Shown: positions 1 through 9,495 of the stretch, one piece after another | Numbering within the stretch: the first letter of the stretch is position 1 | Layout of the letters: every line of letters begins with the position of its first letter | DNA from: Chlorokybus atmophyticus | Taxonomy: Eukaryota > Plantae > Mesostigma and Chlorokybus algae | Length of the DNA stretch: 64,000 nucleotides | Direction: 5' to 3' | Assembly (NCBI GenBank): GCA_009103225.1 | Contig: RHPI01000638.1 | Location: 124,001-188,000 of the forward strand | The notes under the pieces: generated by a model | Databases searched by the model: none | What the model was told of the DNA's origin: nothing | The model's input: only the letters and a program-made list of their open reading frames with translations | Made by a program: the position numbers and the translations under genes

Positions 1-34
1 CAATTTAGTCTTTAACAGTTGACTGTGGCTAATA

Positions 35-310
35 ACAGGCGCCTGTTAGTTACCTATTAGGCCCTAACAGATGACTTTATATAATTCACAGGCACTGGTT
101 AGTTACACATCAGGCCTTAACAAGTGGCTTTATATAATTTACAGGCACCTGTAAGTTACACATCAGGCCTTAACAGGTGACTACACCTAATTAGCAGGCA
201 CTTGCAAATTACACATCAGTCTTATGTAAGTGACTCAGCCTATGTGACAGGCACCTGCAGGTTACACACCAGTCCAGCGCAGGCGACTAAGCCTAATTCA
301 CAAGCACCAA
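35..310. repeat. Degenerate tandem repeat, ~53-bp unit, ~5-6 copies
   Basis: The motif 'acaggcac' or a variant recurs near 35, 88, 141, 194, 247 and 300, each followed by 'gttacacatcaggccttaaca'-like sequence. Confidence 0.85.
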
Positions 311-667
311 ATACGTAATATCGACAAGTTAAGGCATTCTTTAACAACTGAAGGTGACTAATGCCTAACTGTCGTCATATGTATTTGCATAGCTTGACTA
401 CACGCGACTGTCACTGACTGCCAGCATTGTTATGTGCATGTGCTGTGTACAGGTACTTGAAATGTGTACAGTGTCTCTCAGTCACTTGCCAAGGCTTGTA
501 GTTCAATTTTGTGACTCGAATGCAGTTCTGTTGTATATTATAGGGATGCAAGTATTGACATGAATGAGCATAATGACAATTGACTGAGCTGGTTTAAGAT
601 GCACAACACTCAGTCACAAGAGCCTTGTAGCTATGTACAATACCAGCTAAACGGACTACCAACTGCG

Positions 668-1551
668 CTACAGCTCCTCTCCATCATCGCTGATCTCGTC
701 ATTACGGAACAAAGCACCACGCGCTGGGGCCTGTGGAGGAGACGCCGGAGCTTGCTCTTCCTCCTCAAACGGTTGTGCCAGCCAATCAATTGCCGATTCT
801 ACCTCAGCGAGCGGGTCACGAGCTGCTGTCTCTTGCAGCCAGCGCCGATTGGGATCTTTCAGGTATTTGACACAAGATGCAGTGCGGCGTTTCACAAGGG
901 TGAATGGCTGGAGGGCTGCGTACCATTGCCTCATCTCCCGCTTCATTGACATGATCATGGTGTTGATTTCGCTGAGGTACTCTTCATGTTTGTCTATGCT
1001 GGCAGCTAGGAGAGGGTCTCCATCCTTGCCCTTAAGGATGCGCTCCACCTGCGTAGTTTACAGGCATGTCTTAGTGGCATCAAAAGCCACTATTCACTGC
1101 AACGCGTCTGCAAGCCTGTAGTCTGGGGCTACAGCATTCCTGAATTGCTAATGATGGAGTTCAGAGTGCTCACCGTAAGCAACAGGTATGCGAGGTGGTT
1201 GACTGTCAGCTGCCGGCGACCAGGTGTAGTGACGGCGTAAGACCAGCATTGCACGATCATTTGCCAGATTATGGGATTGCCCCATTCATGGATGTATCTC
1301 CTCCGCTCCGGGTCTGCAGTGTCGGTCACCTCAAATCTCCGCCATGACTTATCTGCGACAGGCATACCGACAAGGCATTAGTTACGAGATAGATAGTTCA
1401 AGTTGAGCCTGCACCAGGCTAAAATAGTGCATGTGACTTACTTTGGAGCGCGTTGCGCATCTGGGCTTTTTGGGTCTCGGGGTCCATAAGGGCGTCGATG
1501 TGCCTGATTGAATCGGTTACAATAGGCGAGATGAGTACGTGTGTATGGAGG
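668..1551 (-). CDS. 3' exons of a hypothetical protein (no own start codon found; may continue the gene at 1961-2960)
   Basis: Three phase-compatible GT-AG exons: LHTHVLISP...MRNALQ / NKSWRRFEVTD...AYLLLT / VERILKGKDGD...DDGEEL* (stop at 668). No family recognised. Confidence 0.55.
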
Positions 1552-1626
1552 CTGAGTAAGAAGCCAGTGTTGCATAGCAGACGTGGTGGTGAGGGACCCA
1601 ACTCACTTGCGCTTTTTGCTGTTAAA

Positions 1627-2086
1627 CTGTTGACATACACACGTGCAAGTGACATGCCAACAACATCAACACAAGAGCATGACTGCTGCTGCCGCCATAG
1701 CATCCGCACACATGCTACATCGTGACCTCTTTTCTTCATTGCAACAAGTCTGGGCTTTATACCCCGCCAGTCTCTACACACGTCTACATTGGCAAGCACC
1801 GCGTGCGCTATACTCAGCCGATTGCTGTTCTGTAAGCTACGCTGTCTAGCTCACAACCAGAGCTTTTCAACAAGCTTAACCACGCCTGCTAAGCTTACGT
1901 ATCCACGAAGCTACGCGATTTCTCCCAAGGCTCTACCAAGCAGCCTGGTCCGGAGTCCGTCATGACTCGACCGTCTTGCTAAGTCTGGAGTCCACGCGCT
2001 TCTTCCTGGTACCTTCGACCCTCGACTCCTGTATGAAGGGCAAGCTGACCGGATACAAGCTTTACCCATGTAATACCTTCAACATA
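1627..2086. repeat. Left copy of a ~460-bp inverted duplication (partner 8912-9368)
   Basis: Its reverse complement matches 8912-9368 base by base; by eye ~16 substitutions and one 3-bp indel (~96% identity). Confidence 0.95.
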
Positions 2087-2960
2087 AACAGTGTCCACTT
2101 GTACTCCTTCTCAAGGACATGCTTGATCTTGGTGACGTTCTCAAACCGGACCTGCGTAGCTTTCTTCAAGGCGACACTCCAGTGGAAGGGGCACTCCTTG
2201 AGAGTCCAGTACACCTCATAGAACTTGGCCGCATCGGCCTCATCGTCATGGTCGAAGCCAACTACCTGTCACGGGTAGGTTGGTCAGTGTCACGGTGCAG
2301 TGCGGTCATGAAGCATTCACAGCACCTGACACATGACGTTACAAATAGTGTCCTCCTTAAGATACACGTGGCTCTCTACCCAGTGGCCGTTTACGATTTC
2401 AATGACGGCATCTCGCAAATGCTGTCCACAGAAAAACAATCCGTTACACACATACACACAGTGTCACAGTGTCACACAGTGCTTACCTCGTTGCCAATCT
2501 TCCACTTGCTTGGGGAAGGGTTGCTGACGGCCGAGGTTGCCACGTCACGGCCAAATGCGTTTGGGTTGGGGGTTCCAATCGACCCTCTGCAAGCACAACC
2601 ACATGAGTCATGCTGCCAGCCATGAAAGATGCAACCCTCACAGTTGCAAAAGAAGAACAACGTGCACAGTGTATCCAGAACGCATGCAATGAGTCACTGT
2701 GCTAGTTATGACAGAAGCAAGCATCAAAGTTAGAAGTTGAGCAAGAAGCAACGTGCACAGTGCATCAAGAACGCATGCAGTCTAGCTTGCCCTTGCGACT
2801 GCGGTGTCAGGTGGAGTTGTTGTAATGTGCTGGGCGTTAGCGCGGGGTCTTGCTGCAATTGGTTGGCGACGGTTGCCTAGTTGAACACCGGGGGTAATGT
2901 GGACAACTGGCGCCGACCTCCACGACGAGGTGCACTTACGGATGGACCACGAGGCACCTC
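1961..2960 (-). pseudogene. Spliced hypothetical protein gene with an in-frame stop
   Basis: Exons ...LSTLPPVFN*ATVANQLQQ (TAG at 2877-2879) / GSIGTPNPNAF...KIGNE / HLRDAVIEIV...EDTI / FGFDHDDEADAAKFYEVYW...LK / ESRVEGTRKKRVDS...VES*. Splice sites are plausible; the 3' exon frame is ambiguous. Confidence 0.45.
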
Positions 2961-3089
2961 TCCAACTGATAGTTGGGTGCCGCCTGTTTAGCTGATAGTG
3001 ACGCTGCCGCTTCCAACGCTGCCGCCGCCGGTTGGCCCGCCCGAATATACCAAGCGCGAAAACGAAAATGAGGCGGTTTTGAACGTCTG

Positions 3090-3300
3090 GAGTCCCGCAC
3101 TAAAGTCGCACTTGTAGTGCGTATTTGCTCCTATGGTTGATGGTACGACTTATGCATTCGTGCCATCCATGCTTCGTACAACCATTGGTAACAATGGTTG
3201 TGTCGTAACATTTATGGTACGACAGAGGCATCTCTCGTCCAACCCCAGCCATTGCCGTACAATGGCTCTGTCGTACCATCCATGGTACGACAGAGGCATT
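3090..3300. promoter_or_regulatory. Palindromic TCGTACCAT/ATGGTACGA motif cluster (subterminal-repeat-like or protein-binding array)
   Basis: Six GTAC cores (3143, 3176, 3217, 3257, 3273, 3285); perfect 13-bp inverted repeat tctgtcgtaccat-cc-atggtacgacaga (3267-3294); further hairpins at 3180-3199 and 3247-3267; direct repeat atggtacgacagaggcat twice. Confidence 0.7.
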
Positions 3301-3349
3301 GCTCGATCAGCCCAAATGGGAGTTGGCGTGCACTCACCCAAACACGCTT

Positions 3350-6300
3350 CATTGATGGCCGGATGATGGCACGCAGGGGCACCAGGTTGATGACGGGTCG
3401 AATGTCAGGCTTGATGGGCCTGGGTTCGACTAGGAGGCGGAGGATCAGGAGTCGGAGGAGGAGGCGGCGGCGGCGGCGGCGGCGTGGCACATCTTGCGAG
3501 AAGTTGTGGTCGTAAGAGTTCAAGCAGCGAAGCCAGCTACTACCGGTCGCCACGTCATGGATCATGGCAGGCATCAGCAATGGGGCTGTCCAACATGCAT
3601 CACCAACATTGGACAAGCCAGCAGGCAAGCCATTAAAGACCATCTTCACACAGAGAGCTGCTTGGTGGCTCGCTTTCTGCAATAAGGAGTGGATCAGGAG
3701 CTGCAGTCTTGGAGCCCCTTGTCAAAACTATGCGGGACCAATTGCGGCTGTGGGAACAAGCACAAAAGAATGCAGAGGTACGCTTAACAGTCACATGCAT
3801 TTCCTTGCAAGAGCAATTTGTTTTTTAGCGCAGTCCATGTGATATGTGTAGCGTGGCTGTAGGCCTCCACTATTCACCCATACCCACCCTACAGTCAAGC
3901 CGACATTGCGGAAGCCAGAGCAAATAACCAGAGCTGGGCGGCGGTATGTTGTTGCCAATCTCGCTGTGCATGCTGACTGCATGCACCTCCAATGCATGCC
4001 TACCTTTGCATGCTAGGATGTGCGTGAGCGTGCGAAGTCGCGCGCGCGTGCCGAATGAAGTAGGCTGGGTTTGAGCACAGGAGCGCGTGGCCATTCGTCC
4101 GGCATTCAACCAATAGTGCATCAACCAGCAATGACGCAGTCCATGCAATCATTCGTGCATCAACCAGCAATGCCGCAGGTGACTGTTCGAAGCAACCAAC
4201 TGATGACGGTGTGACGCAGTTGACTATTGCAATTGCAGTGTCGCAAGCATGCAGCTAACCCACATGTGATTGGTTGACAGCACCACAGTGCAATAGGTCC
4301 TGTTGAAGCTCCTATGCAAGCCTGGATTCAATCCCATTAACTGGTCCTTCAATCCCACTTGCTGATGGGCGCGGCGGCAATGCGGCATCAGTTTAACATG
4401 CATGTTGGCATGTTGAATCCCGACATGTCCATTGGGGCAGTGGCGCATGATGTGCCCATGGCTTACGAGCTCCGCGACGAGTCTGCGATCGAGGGTGGCG
4501 GGGAGAGTGCACCTAATACCACCTTGTCAGCCCCCATGGCTTCCCCTGCTCCATGCAGCCCACGGGCCATTGAGGTAAGTCGCTGTCTTTTATGCTCGTG
4601 CCTTGGTAACAATGCGTCAGGCACTGCATAAGCTTATATTCGTCCTTTGCAACATTGTGAGCCATCTTATCCTGGGTCCTGTATACAGCCCCCCTTGCTG
4701 CATGCACAAGTGGTCTCACCTGCAGCTCCTGCTCCCCTCGCAGCCAGAGCGCAACCACCTTCCGCGGCACCAGTCCTTCGTGCACTGCCATCTCCTCCAC
4801 GAGCAGCACCGGTGATTGCGGGGCAACAATCCTTCTTGCCGCCACCGGCGAGACCACAGCACAATGCAACAACCGATGTGGCTTCTGCACCTACCTTACC
4901 CCACCCGCTGCAAGTTGAAGCCGGCAGTCTGCCCCAAACTCAGGTACTTTATCAGTCACTGTGACTCTTGCCGTCCACAGTTGGACACACCATTTAAGTG
5001 CTGTATGCGCATGCAGCAGGGGTCACCACCTGCCAGCGGGTCATTAGAGGAGCTGGCCGCAACCCGCATACGGCCATCAGTCATGCTAGGTAGCCAGCTC
5101 GCCTCATGGGACCAGTTCAATGCGCCAACGGATGGTAACTGCTTCTACCATTGTGTATTTCGCGCCATGCCATCCATAGCGCAAAGTGTTCTAGATGATT
5201 ACAAGTGCCCCAGCTCGAGCAGAATTTGGGCCATGCTGGACACCATAGACGACGACGGCAGGGGGCACACTCTCCGCAAAATCACCGCCAAGGCTGTCGA
5301 TGCAGGCGTGGCGAGCAGAATTCTAGACTTCTGCAGAGCTACTGGTGCCGCGGGAGAGATGGCGCAGTATTACGACAAACTGCCTGCGACATGTTGGCTG
5401 ATGTCAATTGCAACATTGACCTAGCCATGGCTAAGGTGCGACAGATTGTGCGGAGAAAAGATGTGTACGTCGAGCACCTGCAGATGACCATGTTCGCCAA
5501 CAAGCTGGGCTTGTTGATTGGCTGCGTGACCGTTCAGCGCGAGCATGGGGAGTGGGTGCCATGGCCCGGCAGCGCAGTTTGGGTTGAAAATAAAAAAGCC
5601 CCCAACTCAGTCCTGTTGGTGGGCAACACTGCTCCTGATGAGCCAGAAGCACACTTTTGGCTCCTCAAGCCTGCAAGCACCGAACAGTGGTCGTGGCCTA
5701 TGCATGAAGTGCCACCGGAGGTAACACACCTGATCGGAGAGTGGCGGAATGGCGTTGCCAATTCCCCGCTACCACCGGCTGTGACCCAGAGTGCTGCGCC
5801 AACGCCTCAGGCCTCGCCTTCGTGTGCTAGGCAAGAAGTAGCCAAGTGTTCTGCACATTCTGCCTCGCCTCAACCACAGCCACATGCTCGCAATCCCAAT
5901 TCAGCACCCTCCCTTCCTGCCGCGGAGACTCACTTGCCACCGCACTCTTACCATCCGGAGGCATCTCCATCAAGAAGCGGCTGTAGCTCGCCCTCTCCCT
6001 CCAAGCTTGCCACATTGATCCCAGCCTGTCTTGTTGGTAAAGAGATTGATCGAGGTGTCCTGAAAGCTGCACTGAAAGACAAAGGCTTCATGCTCGACCT
6101 CATGAAGCAACATGAGGTCGTGGAGGAATGGGAGGCAACCAACAAGCGCAAGGCTGTGGAGCAAGAAGATAACGCCTTACCTCCTCTAAATGACAGTGCC
6201 ACGGAGAGCGCCTGCTAAGATGTGCAGGGTGAAAAAAAAAAAAGAAGAAGGTTATTGGAACAAAGGACGCTGACAGGACCAAAAAAGGAAAGGTGAGGCA

Positions 6301-7268
6301 TCGTTACAACATTAGAAGAAGCACAGCGCCTTGAAGCCTCACTGGGGCTGACTGTGTGTCTTGAGTAGGCACAGGCGGGTTTACAGCGTCAAGTGGATGC
6401 TCAGCATCGTCCAGAGAGACAGCCGGTGCGGCACGAGCTGCCTAAGCTCAAAGCACCGACGCGCAGACGCTTCGAGGGGCTGACTCGTAATGCAAAGGAG
6501 TTGATCACCCTACAGTACGCCCAAGACGCGCTGCATCACCGCATGCGGCATGTTTTGAGGTGGGTGACGAAAGTATGCAATAAGTGGGAGCAAACGCGGA
6601 GTGTGCGGTCTAATCAAACCTTTGGGGATTGGCCGTGGTTGGAACCCATACACGATATGGCCATCCGTAGTACGTTGTTGCCCCTTGCCGTCCTCGATAT
6701 GATGGTGTTGTTGCTGCCGCAGCAACCCGGCAATGTGCAAGAGCTATCTGCGGAGCAGAACTTCGACCTGCTGCAGCAGATGTATCTGTCGATGTCGACT
6801 AATGCGGGTCGAGATGTGTGCCACTATCTGAGCAAACATACTCGGTGGCAAGTAAAACCATTCGAGCTGTACTTGGCATGCTTTGGCTGGCAGTGGCTGT
6901 ATGTCATACAGCACGTCGAGCTGATTGTGTGAAAGCTCGCAGAAAATGACGATGCGGGGGAGTACACGAGTGACGACAGCCATGTTGAGGGCCTGGATGA
7001 ACGCATGCTGGACGAGACCACCAAGACAAGCAGGTGGTGTATGGAGGCAGATGGGCAACAGATAATCAAGCAGGCAGTGGAGCGTTATGCTGCGCCATTC
7101 AGATGGGAGTCGCTACGCCTGCAACGCGATAACAGAGTTTGGTGGCAGAGGCAGCTTGCACACCCGCGTGCACCATGTGTGCTGATTTGTCGCATTAAAG
7201 AGCCACCCCCCAAGCGGATGGGGAGACGCCCTGTTGCAAGAAAGCGATGTGCCATGTCTGCATCATAG
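3350..7268 (+). pseudogene. Large spliced gene with an N-terminal C2HC-like Zn finger, Pro/Ala linker and OTU-like cysteine protease domain; disrupted
   Basis: GCPTC...DHLHTESC motif (~3580-3665). OTU catalytic motifs 'PTDGNCFYHCV' (~5125-5157) and 'EAHFWLL' (~5645-5665). One-base frameshift near 5390. In-frame stops at 3431 (TAG), 6216 (TAA) and 6930 (TGA), with coding-like sequence continuing beyond each. Linkage of the 3350-3760 exon is inferred. Confidence 0.65.
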
Positions 7269-7885
7269 CACATCAGAAGACTGTGGCAAATAAATGAAAG
7301 AATCTACAAGCGTGTCCATTCTGCAAGCAACCTCACCCTTTTTGGTCGCCACGCCTGATGCAAGACGCCAACGTGTCGGCAGTGATTTAGTCCCCGCCTT
7401 AATGCCAATTGTGCATATATTGTAGTTTTGTGTTGGCTTCCTGTGAACCATGTAGGTACATGTATAGTAGCAGCATGGTGCATGGTGCACCAGAGATCTG
7501 CTGTTGTCAGAAGCATTGGCTGTACATGTGTATGATGACTGCCCGGCGCATGAGTCAGTGCATGGCTTGCATACCTCGCTGGTTTAAAGCGTGGTTGACA
7601 GCAACAAATTCGGACAGCGCTCTGGGTTCCATGGCATGACAGCACATTATTACTCTACGATCATGGTAGTATGCGAGTATCCTTGTATTGTAGTACCATT
7701 AACAGATGGAGTACTATTCATATTGATGTAGTACCATGCATGGGTTTGCAATAGCGTCCTTGGTACAGTCGTGCTTCACTTGAAGTTTGACCCATTTAAG
7801 GTTTGTACGCTGGCAACCCTAAATTCATGCCCATACCCTAAAGTCTTGCTCAGTTTGTGGGCAACCGTGCCGATTCCTATTTTGC

Positions 7886-8804
7886 ATGATGTCGGCGGCA
7901 GCAGTTGAATCCCCCTCACCTAGGAGACCATGCTTGGTGTGCCCACAATGCAATGCGTACGTATGTGCCAATGGCCGTAGGCAGCAAATGCGAGCACACT
8001 TGACCGAATGCCAGCGAGTGCAGACAGTGTGCCACGGTTTTAGTGCTGCTTGCTGGCATCACACCACACACAATGTCGACGTGTTTGGCTGCCGCCTCGG
8101 CCAAGTGTCGTGCAAGGAACCCGAGTTTTTCCATTGCGTGCAATGCGTGTGCGAATCGTGCTCGCGCTCATGCTTCGAGTGGCGAGGGGAACCCATGCGC
8201 TTCTTCACATGGACAACACCGGGACATGTGGTTAGTGGACAGGTGGTGGATGCTGTGGAGGTAATCCACAAGAGTGGACCGCGACGTATCACTGCATGTT
8301 ATGTTGGGCGTATGCTTATTTCATGCATGTTGAAGCTGTTGTCGCATTCAGAGCAGTCTTCCACGGTGTGGGCGTGGGCAGTTCCATCCACTGGCCGCTG
8401 TAGAGGAGGCAGACCAATCGTTGGACAGCGCACTGCATCAGCTGCGAAACGCAGTTAAGTTGGGATGCGAGCAGCTGATCGGTGTGAGTGTCATGGTGCA
8501 TTGGCCGCTGGATGGGGAATGGTATGCGGGCGTTGTGGAATCATTGAAGCAAGCGTCAGGTCAGCATCGCGTCGTGGCGTGCGAGATTGAGGACGCATCA
8601 TATATGCATGGTGCAATGGAAAATGTCTTTGCAGGGCAGCACCGTATAGTATTCGATGACGGTGATCGACCACAAACCATCAACTTTAAAGGGCACAACG
8701 TATTCGCGTACACATCAGTTGACGGGGCACGCCATGTTTCGCGTTTCTATAGCAAATGCAGTTCCTCCCGCAATGGCGGAGTGCATAGGGCGTCTCATGC
8801 TTGA
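7886..8804 (+). CDS. Cys/His-rich (Zn-binding) plus Tudor-domain protein
   Basis: Exon 1 has CxxC motifs (CLVCPQC...HLTEC, CVQCVCESCSRSC). Later exons give LIGVSVMVHWPLDGEWYAGVVESLKQASGQH-RIVFDDGD, matching the plant-type Tudor consensus (V.WP.D..WY.G.V.......H.I.YDDGD) as in PDS5/MSH6. Confidence 0.65.
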
Positions 8805-8859
8805 AACAATGGATATGCGCTGTGACTACCCTCCTGTGTCATGGAACTATGAGGCTTGA
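8700..8859 (+). pseudogene. C-terminal fragment resembling C5-cytosine DNA methyltransferase motif X
   Basis: An alternative frame reads YSRTHQLTGHAMFRVSIANAVPPAMAECIGRLMLE, compared with the consensus FP..Y.L.G......QIGNAVPP.LA.AIG..I. No catalytic motif IV (PCQ) was found nearby. Confidence 0.5.
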
Positions 8860-8911
8860 GTGTGGTGCACTGTATTGATGCTTAATGCCACATGGCGGAC
8901 TGATTGTTGAA

Positions 8912-9368
8912 TGTGTTGAAGGTATTACATGGGTGATGCTTGTATCCGGTCAGCTTGCCCTTGATACAGGAGTCGAGGGTCGAAGGTACCAGGAAGAAGC
9001 GCGTGGACTCCAGACTTGGTAAGACAGTCGAGTCATGACGGACTCCGGACCAGGCTGCTTGGTAGAGCCTTGGGAGAAATCGCGTAGCTTCGTGGATACG
9101 TAAGCTTAGCAGGCGTGGTTAAGCTTGTTGGAAAGCTTTGGTTGTGAGCTAGACAGCGTAGCTTACAGAACAGCAATTGGCTGAGTATAGCACACGCGGT
9201 GCTTGCCAACGTAAACGTGTGTAGAGACTGGCGGGGTATAAAGCCCAGACTTGTTGCAATGAACAAGAGAGGTCACGATGTAGCATGTGTGCGGATGCTA
9301 TGGCAGTAGCAGTCATGCTCTTGTGTTGATGTTGTTGGCGTGTCACTTGCACGTGTGTATGTCAACAG
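8912..9368. repeat. Right copy of the ~460-bp inverted duplication (partner 1627-2086)
   Basis: For example 'ggtaccaggaagaagcgcgtggactccagac' at ~8985 is the reverse complement of the sequence at ~1983-2013. Confidence 0.95.
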
Positions 9369-9495
9369 AATGTTGCATGGCACATTCGATTGTGGTGACA
9401 GTTGTGCAGTGCCAGCTGCCCGATATTGTATACGTCCACATGCAAAAGTCTTAGCATACGATTAGCAATGCTCAACTGACTGATATGCTCCACAC

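Noticed and set aside
1-310. CRISPR-like array
   Set aside because: The units are contiguous degenerate tandem repeats with no unique spacers, no cas genes are present, and the context is eukaryotic.
3094-3119. CACTA...TAGTG as a terminal inverted repeat of the Plavaka element
   Set aside because: No matching inverted terminus or TSD was found near 12.8-13.0 kb or elsewhere; it is kept only as part of the motif array.
1627-9368. The 460-bp inverted copies as true TIRs of a 7.7-kb element
   Set aside because: The left copy is continuous with exons of the flanking gene, and the transposase lies outside the pair.
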